Source: an uncultured Candidatus Saccharibacteria bacterium
GTDB lineage: Bacteria > Patescibacteriota > Saccharimonadia > Saccharimonadales > CAZMXN01
Length of the DNA: 64,000 nt
NCBI GenBank assembly: GCA_964570275.1
Contig: CAZMXN010000003.1
Span: 33,165 to 97,164, forward strand
Direction of reading: 5' to 3'
Shown here: positions 40,330 to 49,996 of the stretch, one piece after another
Layout: each line of letters begins with the position of its first letter
How positions within the stretch are numbered: the stretch's first letter is position 1
Program-made: the position numbers and the translations under genes
The notes under the pieces: generated by a model
Told to the model about the DNA's origin: nothing
The model's database searches: none
The model's input: only the letters and a program-made list of their open reading frames with translations

Positions 40330-42026
40330 ACAAAGACACGATTTATATAGATATCGATGACGAGATAACCAGCATCATCGACAAGGTGCAGGCTTCCAAA
40401 GAGAAGATTGTGGCGCTGGTACTGCCAAAGCGGGCCACTATGCTGCAATCCATCGTCAACATGAAACTGCTGAAGCGGTCGGCCGACACGGCTAAGAAGA
40501 AAGTGGTTCTCATTACCAGTGAGCACAGTCTGTTGCCGCTGGCCGGCGCCGTTGGGCTGCACACCGCCCGTACGCTGCAGAGCAAGCCGGCGATTCCGCC
40601 CGCGCCGGATACGGCCGGGATGGCCGCCGACCAGGCAATTACCGCCGCCGAGCTGCCACCGGCCGAGCCGGATCTGGACAAATCCAAACCCGTCGGCGAG
40701 CTGGCCGCCGGTACCGCGGCCGCCGCCGAGCTGCCGCCGGAAGAAACCATCGAAGTCGATAACCGGCCGGCCGACAAAACGACGGCTGCCGCCGCCACCG
40801 GCGCCAAAAAAGCAAAAAAGAAATTCAAAATTCCCGATTTTAAGAAATTCCGCACCCGTTTGATACTGGCCATTACCGCAGTGATTCTGCTGATTGCCGG
40901 TTGGGTGTGGGGCTTTATTATCGCGCCGCGGGCCGATATCGTCGTGACAACTGACACGACTTCGCACGATGTTAACTTCGAGTTCACGGCCTCTACCGGG
41001 GCTGAGGAGGCCGACCTGGAAAACCTGGTGGCCCGGGCCAAGTTGCTGGAGATTGAGAAATCGGAGATCGGCAAGGCACCGGCGACCGGCGAGAAGGACG
41101 TGGGCGAGAAAGCCAGCGGTGAAGTTACTCTGGAGCTGGTCAATTGCAGCTCTTCGCAAGTGAGTATTCCGGCCGGCACGGCAATTACGACCGGCAATCT
41201 GTCCTACGTAACCGAGGCGTCGGTAACTCTGCAGAGCATCGAGATAGGCGGTCAATGTCGTAACGAGGACTTTCCTAACATCTCTACCGAAACGGTTGAA
41301 GTCACGGCCGCCAAAGCCGGCGACCAATACAACGTAGCCAGCGGCCGGACGTTCAGCGTCGCCGGTTACTCATCAGTCAGCGGCACTAACGCCGCGGCCA
41401 TGACCGGCGGTACCAGTAAAATCGTCAAAGTGGTTTCCGAAGATGATGTCGCCGCGGCCCAGGCCAGGATTGCCGAAGCGGTCGGCAATGTTAATCAGGA
41501 ACTGCGTGACCAACTGCAGCAGGATGGCTACAAGCCGCTGCCGGAAACGGAAACCAGCAGTAAGCCGGATGTCAGCGTCAGCCCGGCGGTCGGCGAAGAA
41601 GCCAGCGAGGTAACGGTCACTTCCGTCGTGGTGTACAGCATGTACGGCCTGAGCGAGGAAGATGCCAACAAGCTGATCGAGGAAACCATCAAAGAAGACA
41701 TCGACACCGAAAAGCAATCCCTGCTTGATACCGGCCTGGGCGACGCCGTCATTCGGGTCACCGAGCGGCCCTCGGACGACGTACTTAATATCAGTCTGCA
41801 GACGCTGGCTTACGCCGGTCCCGAATTTGACTTAGAGGCGCTAAGGCAGGAGTTTGCCGGCCAAAAGCGCAGCGAAATCGAATCGTCCCTAACGGCCCGG
41901 CCGGGCGTGATAGATGTCAGCATCGATTACAGCCCGTTCTGGGTCTATTCGACGCCCAGGAGCGCCAAGAAAATCCACCTCACCATTAAGCCTGCCCAAG
42001 AGGCCAATGACCAAAACACCGAATAA
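40326..42026 (+). CDS. Single-pass membrane protein with cytoplasmic N-terminal domain and baseplate-J-like extracellular region
   Basis: IYIDIDDEITSII N-terminal domain; TM; KASGEVT, IPAGT, VTAAKAGDQYNV, TNAAAMTGG; overlaps the ftsA-like gene by 4 nt. Confidence 0.7.
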   Translation: MNKDTIYIDIDDEITSIIDKVQASKEKIVALVLPKRATMLQSIVNMKLLKRSADTAKKKVVLITSEHSLLPLAGAVGLHTARTLQSKPAIPPAPDTAGMAADQAITAAELPPAEPDLDKSKPVGELAAGTAAAAELPPEETIEVDNRPADKTTAAAATGAKKAKKKFKIPDFKKFRTRLILAITAVILLIAGWVWGFIIAPRADIVVTTDTTSHDVNFEFTASTGAEEADLENLVARAKLLEIEKSEIGKAPATGEKDVGEKASGEVTLELVNCSSSQVSIPAGTAITTGNLSYVTEASVTLQSIEIGGQCRNEDFPNISTETVEVTAAKAGDQYNVASGRTFSVAGYSSVSGTNAAAMTGGTSKIVKVVSEDDVAAAQARIAEAVGNVNQELRDQLQQDGYKPLPETETSSKPDVSVSPAVGEEASEVTVTSVVVYSMYGLSEEDANKLIEETIKEDIDTEKQSLLDTGLGDAVIRVTERPSDDVLNISLQTLAYAGPEFDLEALRQEFAGQKRSEIESSLTARPGVIDVSIDYSPFWVYSTPRSAKKIHLTIKPAQEANDQNTE

Positions 42027-42435
42027 AACCGGAACCGTTCTGGCGCTCGACATCGGCGAAAAGCGGATCGGTGTCGCGCTTGCCAGCCTGGCGGCCCGGC
42101 TGCCCGAACCCTTGACCACTCTGACCAACGACGCGGTCGTGCTGGAAAAAATCGCCGAACTGGCCGACCGGCATCAGACCGACATGATCGTTGCCGGCCT
42201 GCCGCGCAGCCTGGAAGGCACCGAAACCGCCCAAACCCGGTCGGTGAGGGAGTTTGTCGGCCGGCTGGAAGACCGCCTGGGTCGCAGTGTATACTTAATG
42301 GACGAAGCCGGCACTTCCGCAGAGGCCGAAGCCGGACTTCGGGCCCGGCGCAAACCATACACCAAAGCAGACATTGACGCCCGGGCAGCCGCAATAATTC
42401 TGCAGGATTTCCTGAATTCGCTTAGTAAGCTATGA
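42007..42435 (+). CDS. ruvX: RuvX/YqgF nuclease
   Basis: LALDIGEKRIGVA, GLP, DEAGTS, IDARAAAIILQ; start at ATG 42007. Confidence 0.93.
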   Translation: MTKTPNKTGTVLALDIGEKRIGVALASLAARLPEPLTTLTNDAVVLEKIAELADRHQTDMIVAGLPRSLEGTETAQTRSVREFVGRLEDRLGRSVYLMDEAGTSAEAEAGLRARRKPYTKADIDARAAAIILQDFLNSLSKL

Positions 42436-43487
42436 CGTACAACATTGATTCACGACCTAAACGCAATTGGCGCCGCTGGCTTTTGATCGGCTCGCTGCTG
42501 CTGGTGCTGGTTCTGGCCGGCGCGGCGTTTTTGGTGCGGCAAAGTTATCTGGACAACCTTGATCCGGTCAGCCGCAGTGAGCAGGTCCAATTGGTTACCG
42601 TGCCCACCGGCAGCACGGTGAATGAAATCGCCAGGGACCTGCGCGACCGGAACCTGATTAAGAGCCAGTGGGCGTTTGAGTGGTATATCCGCTCTCAAGA
42701 GGTCAGCGGCCTGATCAAGGCCGGCACCTATGCCCTTAAGCCCTCCCAAAGCATTCCGGAAATCGTCGAAGTTCTGACCCAGGGGCAGATCGCTACCGAC
42801 CTGGTGACTATTCTGCCGGGCAAGCGGATTGACGAAATCCGCCAGACGCTGATCAATTACGGTTTCGACCCAACGGAAGTGGACGAAGCGCTGGACCCGA
42901 GCCGGTATGAGGGGCATCCGGCCCTGACCGACAAGCCGCGTCAGGCCAACCTGGAAGGCTATATCTATCCGGAAAGCTTTCAGAAAACGGCCGAGACCCA
43001 TCCGTCAGATATCATCGCCGCTTCGCTCGACGAGATGCAGAAGCGACTGACACCGGAAATCCGGGCCGGTATAGTCCGGCAGGGCCTCACCGTTCATGAG
43101 GGTGTGATTCTGGCTTCGATTATCGAGCGCGAAGTCAGGACGCCGGAGGAGCGCCGGCAGGCGGCGCAGGTGTTTCTCCGGCGGCTCAAAGAGGGTATCA
43201 AGCTGGAATCCGATGCCACGGCCAGCTACGGGGCCGTGTTGGCGGGTGAAGAGCCAAGCCTGAGCTATGATTCCGCCTACAACACCTATCTGCACACCGG
43301 TTTGCCGCCGACGCCCATCAGCAACTCCACCGAAGTTTCCATTGAAGCGGTGGCTGATCCGGCCAAAACCGATTATCTGTACTTCGTCTGCCTGCTTACC
43401 AATGACGAGCGGGTAACTTACTTCTCCCGCACTCTGGAAGAGCACGAGGCCCGGTTTGCCGACCGCCGCGGCGACCTCTGTGAATAG
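42432..43487 (+). CDS. mltG: Endolytic transglycosylase MltG
   Basis: N-terminal TM; IKAGTY, LEGYIYP, LASIIERE, LESDAT, YNTY...GLPPTPI, YLYFV. Confidence 0.93.
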   Translation: MTYNIDSRPKRNWRRWLLIGSLLLVLVLAGAAFLVRQSYLDNLDPVSRSEQVQLVTVPTGSTVNEIARDLRDRNLIKSQWAFEWYIRSQEVSGLIKAGTYALKPSQSIPEIVEVLTQGQIATDLVTILPGKRIDEIRQTLINYGFDPTEVDEALDPSRYEGHPALTDKPRQANLEGYIYPESFQKTAETHPSDIIAASLDEMQKRLTPEIRAGIVRQGLTVHEGVILASIIEREVRTPEERRQAAQVFLRRLKEGIKLESDATASYGAVLAGEEPSLSYDSAYNTYLHTGLPPTPISNSTEVSIEAVADPAKTDYLYFVCLLTNDERVTYFSRTLEEHEARFADRRGDLCE

Positions 43488-43505
43488 CTGTAAGTATTAC
43501 CATTC

Positions 43506-43538
43506 TACCCCTGTTAATTAAGCTTCGTAACAGGGGTA
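43506..43538. terminator. Perfect 11-bp hairpin after mltG
   Basis: TACCCCTGTTA - 11-nt loop - TAACAGGGGTA. Confidence 0.6.
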
Positions 43539-43720
43539 AAAGATCCCTCCAAAGCTTGATTTTTGGCGCCTGCCTGTGCTAACATTGGCCTGCAACGGTT
43601 TTTGGTGCCACAGGTAAGCTAACAGGGGCGCGAAAGACAGTTGCGTTTGCAAGGTTGGCCCTCGTTAGAGGCCCGCCGGTGCAAACGAGTGTTTATGGTG
43701 TAATCCACCAGGAGCTTTCT

Positions 43721-44869
43721 ATTCGTACTTCAACACAGGCGTTAAGCCGACAAATAACCTCACATCTTAATCCGTTCAGCCGGAAGTCACTGCTCCGGCA
43801 GCTGGTCCGTCGGCTCTTTGGCCGGTCCAGGAAGCGTACCGTCCGCTACGGTATTTTCATTACCCAGGCGCTGGCCTTAATCGCCGTTGTCGGCGTTGTT
43901 TTATACGGGTCGGAAATCGGCGGCCAGAACCTTAAGCAGAATGCCCTGATGGCCACCACGCCGGAGACGGTCGCCGCCAATCCGCTGGACCAGTTATCTT
44001 CGGCCGATGTCGCCGAGCAATTGGCCCGCCTGGGCAATTTCGAAGAGCGCATTGCCGTGATCAACCATGCCGACACCGTTAATTCGCAGCTTAACCGGGG
44101 CGTCGCCGATGAACTTATTGTGACCAAGCCGCAAGTCGTGGCCACCGAAACCCTGTCCAATAAAGACATCAAAACCTACGTTGTCAAAAACGGCGATTCG
44201 CTGGCCGATCTGGCCGCCCGGTTTGGCGTCACCAGCGATTCGATCCGCTGGTCCAATGGCCTGTCCGGCAGCTATTTGCGGCCGGGCACCAAGCTGTACA
44301 TCAGCCCCATCAGCAACGGCGTAGTTTATAAAGTCAAATCCGGTGATACCGTAAAGGCGCTGGCTGAACGCTTCCGGTCCAGCGAAGAAAAGATCATTAC
44401 TTTCAATGACGCCGAGATCGCCGGGCTGAAAGCCGGCGACCGCATCGTTATTCCTGACGGCTCTTTGCCGGCCCCGTCGGCACCGTCGTACACCGGGCTG
44501 GCCAGCAACCTGGGCACCCGCGGCCGCTTACTCACTTACGGCGGCAACGGCTACGATTACGGCTGGTGTACCTGGCACGTGGCTAACCGCCGGTCTCAGA
44601 TCGGCCGGCCGATCCCCAACCACCTGGGCAACGCGATCAGCTGGTACAACATTGCCCGCAATGCCGGTTTACCGGTCGGCGGTGAGCCGAAAGTTGGCGC
44701 CGTCTTGTGGCACGCCAATATCGGCGGTCTGGGGCACGTAGCGTTTGTCGAAAGCCGGAATGACGACGGTTCCTTCGAGGTGTCTGATATGAATTACCCT
44801 TACTGGGGACGCGTCACGACCAGAACAATTACGCCGGACGAGTTCGGGAACTACCGCTTCATTTACTAA
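43721..44869 (+). CDS. LysM-LysM-CHAP peptidoglycan hydrolase (start uncertain; ATT at 43721 proposed)
   Basis: TM; two LysM repeats (YVVKNGDSL, YKVKSGDTV); CHAP motifs GWCTW, GNA..W, GHVAFVE, SDMNY. Confidence 0.88.
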   Translation: MRTSTQALSRQITSHLNPFSRKSLLRQLVRRLFGRSRKRTVRYGIFITQALALIAVVGVVLYGSEIGGQNLKQNALMATTPETVAANPLDQLSSADVAEQLARLGNFEERIAVINHADTVNSQLNRGVADELIVTKPQVVATETLSNKDIKTYVVKNGDSLADLAARFGVTSDSIRWSNGLSGSYLRPGTKLYISPISNGVVYKVKSGDTVKALAERFRSSEEKIITFNDAEIAGLKAGDRIVIPDGSLPAPSAPSYTGLASNLGTRGRLLTYGGNGYDYGWCTWHVANRRSQIGRPIPNHLGNAISWYNIARNAGLPVGGEPKVGAVLWHANIGGLGHVAFVESRNDDGSFEVSDMNYPYWGRVTTRTITPDEFGNYRFIY

Positions 44870-44921
44870 TCGACATTTTTACTAGACCCTAACCCCTATA
44901 ACCTGTACCCTTATAAACGTA

Positions 44922-46193
44922 ATGTTTGTAGACAAAGTTGAAGTTTTGATTGCGGCCGGCAAGGGCGGCGACGGTGCCGTCAGTTTCCGGCATGAGAAAT
45001 TTATCGCCCGGGGCGGCCCCGACGGTGGTGATGGCGGCAAAGGCGGCGACGTTGTCGTGTATGCCAGCAACAACCAGAACACGCTGGCCAAGTTTCGCTA
45101 TCAGAAGCAGCTGCAGGCCGAGGACGGCCGGCCCGGCTTCAAGCGGCGCAAGCGCGGTAAAAGCGGCCAGGATTTGCGGGTGCCGGTGCCGGTGGGCACG
45201 GTTATTACTGACGAAAACGGCCAGGTCCTGGCCGATTTGACCGAAGAAGGCCAGGCAGCCGTGGTCGCTCATGGCGGCAAGGGCGGTTTCGGTAACGCTC
45301 ACTTTGTCTCCAGCACCCGTCAGGCGCCGCGGGTGGCCGAAAAGGGTGAAGAGGGCGAAGCGCTCAAGGCGGTTTTTGAGATGAAGCTGATTGCCGACGT
45401 CGGCCTGGTCGGGCTGCCGAATGCCGGTAAGTCGACGCTGCTGGCGCGTATCAGCAACGCCCGGCCTGAAATCGCCAACTATCCGTTCACGACGCTGACG
45501 CCCAACTTGGGCATGGTGGATATTGATAAGAAAACTACCCTGTTGTTTGCCGACATTCCCGGCCTGATTGCCGGAGCCAGCGAAGGCAAGGGTCTGGGCG
45601 ACGAATTCCTGCGCCACATCGAGCGCACCAGCGTGCTGGTTCATCTGATCGACGCCTATCAGGACGATGTCGCCTCCGCCTACGCCACCATCCAGCAGGA
45701 GCTTAAGAATTACCGGGTTGATCTCAGTTCCCGGCCGCAGCTGCTGGCCCTGAACAAGACCGACGGATTGGACGCTGATATTCTGGATCTGCAGAAACAA
45801 AAACTGCTGGCCGTTGTGCCCGACAAGACACCGGTGTTTGCGATTTCGGCCCAGAGCGGCCACGGGGTTAAAGAGCTGCTCTACGCCGTTAAAACCGCCG
45901 TGGCCGATTACCGGAAACGGGAAGCGGCGGCGCGGGAAGAAAGTAAAGAGCTACCGGTCCTGCGGCTAAAGGACGAGCAGGCCTGGCAGGTTAAGGCCCC
46001 GGGAGACGGCGTCTTTGTGGTCAGCGGCCAGAAAATCGAGCGGTTCGCGGCCCGGACTGATTTTTCCAATCCGCACGGGGTTCAGCGATTGCGGGACATT
46101 ATGCGCAAAATGGGCATCATGCATGAGCTGGCCCGCCAGGGCATCGAGCCCGGCGACAAAGTTCGCATCAAAGACCACACCATCGAATACTAG
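44922..46193 (+). CDS. obg: GTPase ObgE
   Basis: GGPDGGDGG, GGFGN, GLPNAGKST, YPFTT, DIPG, NKTD; C-terminal DUF1967-like tail. Confidence 0.97.
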   Translation: MFVDKVEVLIAAGKGGDGAVSFRHEKFIARGGPDGGDGGKGGDVVVYASNNQNTLAKFRYQKQLQAEDGRPGFKRRKRGKSGQDLRVPVPVGTVITDENGQVLADLTEEGQAAVVAHGGKGGFGNAHFVSSTRQAPRVAEKGEEGEALKAVFEMKLIADVGLVGLPNAGKSTLLARISNARPEIANYPFTTLTPNLGMVDIDKKTTLLFADIPGLIAGASEGKGLGDEFLRHIERTSVLVHLIDAYQDDVASAYATIQQELKNYRVDLSSRPQLLALNKTDGLDADILDLQKQKLLAVVPDKTPVFAISAQSGHGVKELLYAVKTAVADYRKREAAAREESKELPVLRLKDEQAWQVKAPGDGVFVVSGQKIERFAARTDFSNPHGVQRLRDIMRKMGIMHELARQGIEPGDKVRIKDHTIEY

Positions 46194-46207
46194 GCTCTGA
46201 TACTTGA

Positions 46208-46236
46208 TTGACAAATATTGACAAGTATGATACAAT
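46208..46236 (+). promoter_or_regulatory. Near-consensus sigma70 promoter with a duplicated -35
   Basis: TTGACA 46208-46213, 17-nt spacer, TGa-TACAAT 46231-46236; a second TTGACA at 46218-46223. Confidence 0.7.
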
Positions 46237-46255
46237 AAGAAGATAGGCCAATATT

Positions 46256-46744
46256 ATGTCCGAATTTACGCTTAACACGGATTCATCCGACTTCATGCCG
46301 CGCAGCAGTCACGCCAATTTCGAAGAGGACACTCCGGCTGACTATGGCCGGCCGCTTCTGCCGCTGGTGCAGTACAAGCCGGTAAGTTGTGGCAACTGTA
46401 TCGGGGCCTGCTGCCGCCAGGGCCTGACCCTGTCTTTAAGTCAGGAGGAGGCTGACTTCTTAGAGGGCTCGGGTACAGAGATGGTTGAGTATCCGGGTTC
46501 ACTAGCGCATAAGATTGCGGTGCGGCTGGGCGCGCACCGGCTGTACACCCTGCAAACCGACTGCGGAAATCTCGAAATTAATTTGGATAGCGGCCAGGCA
46601 CTTTGCGCCGCTTATGAGGATTCGCGCCGTCCGGAGATATGTGCTAAGTTTGAGGCCGGTTCGGCGGCCTGTCGGATTATTCGGGTGGCTAAGGGTGTTG
46701 ATAGTCCGGCTGAGCTTGCCCGCTACGATGCAGCCACCAGCTAA
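46256..46744 (+). CDS. YkgJ-family cysteine cluster protein
   Basis: CGNCIGACC ... C..L ... CAAYEDSRRPEICAKF. Confidence 0.85.
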   Translation: MSEFTLNTDSSDFMPRSSHANFEEDTPADYGRPLLPLVQYKPVSCGNCIGACCRQGLTLSLSQEEADFLEGSGTEMVEYPGSLAHKIAVRLGAHRLYTLQTDCGNLEINLDSGQALCAAYEDSRRPEICAKFEAGSAACRIIRVAKGVDSPAELARYDAATS

Positions 46745-46787
46745 AGGGTTTGTGCAGGGCCAGTTTTTCGCTTACCATTACTGCTTA

Positions 46788-48236
46788 GTGGTAAGTTTTT
46801 ATTTTTACGATCTGGAAACCAGCGGCTTCAACCCCCGGGATGCCCGGATTATGCAGTTTGCCGGCCAGCGGACCGATATGGAGCTTAAGCCCGTCGGCGA
46901 ACCGCACAATTTCTTAATCAAAATGACCGATGACGTTGTGCCTGATCCGGACGCCGTGCTGGTTACCGGCATCACCCCGCAGGCCACGCTGACCGACGGG
47001 CTGACCGAAGCCGAATTTTTGAAGATTTTTTACGAGGAAATCGCTACTGCCGGCACCATCTTCGTCGGCTTTAACAGTATCCGGTTTGACGACGAGTTCA
47101 TGCGCTTTTTGCATTACCGCAATTTTTACGACCCCTACGCCTGGCAGTGGCAGGACGGCCGCAGCCGTTGGGATTTGCTGGATGTCGTCAGGATGACGCG
47201 GGCGCTTAGGCCCGAGGGCATCAAATGGCCGGTGGACAGTGAGGGCAAGCCCAGCAACCGGCTGGAGCTGCTGACCTCGCTCAATAAACTGGAGCATTCG
47301 AGCGCGCACGATGCGCTAAGCGATGTTAAGGCCAGTATTGCCGTTGCCCGGCTGATCCGAAATAAGCAGACTAAACTGTTCGACTATCTTCTCGGTATGC
47401 GTGACAAGCAGAAGATCGCCGAACTGGTGAATGCCAATCAGCCGTTTGTGTACAGCTCGGGCAAGTACCCGGCCGAGTACGAGAAGACGACCGTGGCAAT
47501 GACCTTAGGTAACCACCCCAGGAAACAAGGCGTCCTGGTCTTCGACTTGCGGCACGATCCGGCCGACTACATCAACTTACCGCCGGAGCAGCTGGTTGAA
47601 TTATGGCGCTACAACCCGGACCGCGAAGCGCCGCGGCTGCCGGTCAAAACCCTGCAGTTTAACCGCTGTCCGGCCATCGCGCCGCTGGGCGTGCTTGATA
47701 AAGCCAGCCTGGACCGGCTTCATCTGGATCTCAAAATCATTGAAAAACACCGCCGAAAACTGGCTGGTGCCGGGAAATTCAGCGGGAATCTGCTAAAGGC
47801 CATAGAACTACTGAACCGGGACCAGCAAAGCAGTATGTGGAGCAAGGAAACCGAAGTTGACGGGCAGTTGTATGACGGCTTTGTGCCGGACCGCGATAAG
47901 CCGACGATGAGTGCCATCCGGGCGGCCGCGCCGGATGAGCTGGCCGGTATCGGCGAAGCTCTGCTGGACCCGCGGCTTAAGACGCTGCTGCCGCTGTATA
48001 AAGCCCGGAACTTCCCGAAGAGCTTGACCAATGAGGAGCGGCAGACCTGGGAAGCCTTTAGGACGAATCGCCTGCTGGCAGGCAAAGAAAAAAGCCGGCT
48101 GGCGGGTTATTTTAAGCGGCTGCAGGAGCTGGCGGCCCGGCCGGATCTGTCTGACGATAAGCGCTACCTGCTGGAAGAATTGCAGTTGTACGGACAATTG
48201 ATTATGCCGGAGGCAGATGAGTCGGGCGGTTTTTAA
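46788..48236 (+). CDS. sbcB: Exodeoxyribonuclease I
   Basis: FYFYDLETSG, QFAGQRTD, FNSIRFDDE, SRWDLLD, AHDALSDV, YKARNFP; start set at GTG 46788. Confidence 0.93.
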   Translation: MVSFYFYDLETSGFNPRDARIMQFAGQRTDMELKPVGEPHNFLIKMTDDVVPDPDAVLVTGITPQATLTDGLTEAEFLKIFYEEIATAGTIFVGFNSIRFDDEFMRFLHYRNFYDPYAWQWQDGRSRWDLLDVVRMTRALRPEGIKWPVDSEGKPSNRLELLTSLNKLEHSSAHDALSDVKASIAVARLIRNKQTKLFDYLLGMRDKQKIAELVNANQPFVYSSGKYPAEYEKTTVAMTLGNHPRKQGVLVFDLRHDPADYINLPPEQLVELWRYNPDREAPRLPVKTLQFNRCPAIAPLGVLDKASLDRLHLDLKIIEKHRRKLAGAGKFSGNLLKAIELLNRDQQSSMWSKETEVDGQLYDGFVPDRDKPTMSAIRAAAPDELAGIGEALLDPRLKTLLPLYKARNFPKSLTNEERQTWEAFRTNRLLAGKEKSRLAGYFKRLQELAARPDLSDDKRYLLEELQLYGQLIMPEADESGGF

Positions 48237-48245
48237 GCCGGGTTT

Positions 48246-48416
48246 TTAAAGCGCCAGATCAAGATCGGTTAGAGCGCGGGACTGGGCCTTGTGCCGCTTA
48301 AATATCCGGTGAACCTGGACTATGCCAACCAGACCGGCAGCCAGCAGCACCACCGTATTAAAATCCAATTGATAATTAAGTCCGGGCACTTCGCCCAGGA
48401 CTATGAATTCCAGCAT
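48246..48416 (-). CDS. Small membrane protein (56 aa), absent from the ORF track
   Basis: MLEFIVLGEVPGLNYQLDFNTVVLLAAGLVGIVQVHRIFKRHKAQSRALTDLDLAL; SD-like AAGGGTG; AT-rich upstream region. Confidence 0.65.
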   Translation of the reverse strand: MLEFIVLGEVPGLNYQLDFNTVVLLAAGLVGIVQVHRIFKRHKAQSRALTDLDLAL

Positions 48417-48516
48417 CGCATCACCCTTTAATTAATTACATGATAAACGAAGCTGGTTTATATGTCAAAAATATTGTTTACTCTAATGCTTATTGATGCT
48501 TTTTTGGCGGCAGGAA

Positions 48517-48945
48517 TCAGCGGCGTACCCAGGCACGGAATTGTTTGGTCAGGCGCTTGAGGCGCTGGCGGTTGGACATAAAGATAAAGAGAGCCAGCAG
48601 GCTCAGGCTGAGTGCCAGTGAGCGCAGGAAATACTTCTCGGCTTTGGTGGCGAGCAGGTAAGCGCCTGCCAGCAGGGCAACGGTCAGCACGTCGTACAGG
48701 CCCTTGACCAGCCGGTTATCCTGCGGAAAGAGTTTACGGAAAAAAGTCAGGCCGTGTTCTTTGACGAGGTTCTGCCAGCGCCGGGCCCATTCGTGGTTAA
48801 CGGCCAGCAGGCTTAAGCCGAGAAGGAAAAGCGGGATACCGCCGGGGCCGGGCAGCCAGCCGGTCAGGCCGGACAGGATGATTAAAAGCACGCCCAGGAT
48901 ATCGGTTCCAAGCCGCCGGATTAATTCTTTCGTACGCCTTAACAT
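48517..48945 (-). CDS. PGPGW-like membrane protein
   Basis: LPGPGGIP...GLSLLA...WA motif; four hydrophobic segments; TATAAT shortly upstream. Confidence 0.8.
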   Translation of the reverse strand: MLRRTKELIRRLGTDILGVLLIILSGLTGWLPGPGGIPLFLLGLSLLAVNHEWARRWQNLVKEHGLTFFRKLFPQDNRLVKGLYDVLTVALLAGAYLLATKAEKYFLRSLALSLSLLALFIFMSNRQRLKRLTKQFRAWVRR

Positions 48946-49051
48946 TATGCGGTTAATTATACCGGTCCAACGGTTGTTTAGAAAACAATAGCGTTTTTTG
49001 GTGGCTGGCTGTTACACTACGGTTAATGATCTAAGATGAGGAGACAAAAAC

Positions 49052-49996
49052 GTGGCAAACGGCGGCTATCGGGGTAGTTTACTAAAAATGCATAAACCCC
49101 CGGGCGACAAGCCGAGACGCAGCGGCGCCAGCTTCGAAGGCCAGCCGGCCCCGGCGCCTAAGCGACAAATGGGCATGTGGATCGGGCGGATGATTTCCGC
49201 GGCGGTGCCGGAATTTGCCAATCTGGAAAGGTACGTGCGGGAAACGGCCGAGGCTAACGCCGCCTGGCCGGTAGAGGCTGACAGAATGGCCGAAATCCTG
49301 GCCCGGCCCCGAACCGAAACACGCGGCAATTATTACATTGAACCCCGGCAGTTTACCGCCGAATACCTGTCCGGTTCGCTTGGCAGCCTGATCGTAGAGA
49401 GAGAATGCAGTGACTCGAGAGGGAATCTGATCAAGCCGAATGTAGTGAAAAGAAGACTCAGGTCAATATCCGGCCAATACGCCCAGCATATTAAAAAACG
49501 GGGCTTTGACCGCAACCGGCAGGCGCTGGATCAAAGCGGCTTGCTGGTTATACCGGCTGGCGGCGAAAGCCCCTCGCCCGATATGGACCCGGCCACCGCC
49601 CGGCTGCGGATGCACGGCGGTATCTTCGAGGTCAGCCCCAAGCTCCGGCCGTTCGGTGAGGGTAACCGGTTTGGTTTCCGTTTGAGCGGGGTGGCGGTTG
49701 ACTTTCTGCGCCAGGACCGCGATAACGCCGTGGATTTCTTTCTGGACAAGTTGGGTATCAGGCAGCTTGACACCGATCTGGAAGAAATGGTTCATGATAC
49801 CAGCCCGGCTGACATTGAAGTTTTCTACAATGGCATAGACGCTTCCAATCCATATGAGATACAATATCCGCAGTCGAAAGAAGATGGTGCTGGTGGGGTT
49901 TTCCCCGGGAACATGACATTTTTAGACCCGGTAATGAAAGTGGTAGACATTCCAGATGGCGACAGAACAAATAGAGATTTTCTATCGGGTCAGTGA
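49052..49996 (+). CDS. Hypothetical protein
   Basis: 314-aa ORF with SD GAGGAG; no recognisable motif. Confidence 0.65.
   Translation: MANGGYRGSLLKMHKPPGDKPRRSGASFEGQPAPAPKRQMGMWIGRMISAAVPEFANLERYVRETAEANAAWPVEADRMAEILARPRTETRGNYYIEPRQFTAEYLSGSLGSLIVERECSDSRGNLIKPNVVKRRLRSISGQYAQHIKKRGFDRNRQALDQSGLLVIPAGGESPSPDMDPATARLRMHGGIFEVSPKLRPFGEGNRFGFRLSGVAVDFLRQDRDNAVDFFLDKLGIRQLDTDLEEMVHDTSPADIEVFYNGIDASNPYEIQYPQSKEDGAGGVFPGNMTFLDPVMKVVDIPDGDRTNRDFLSGQ

Noticed and set aside
40326-42026. Prophage or contractile injection system
   Set aside because: The baseplate-J-like region is on a TM protein within a housekeeping operon; no sheath, tube, capsid, terminase or integrase genes
46515-46787. N-terminal extension of exonuclease I
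   Set aside because: Overlaps the YkgJ-family gene; exonuclease motifs begin right after the GTG at 46788
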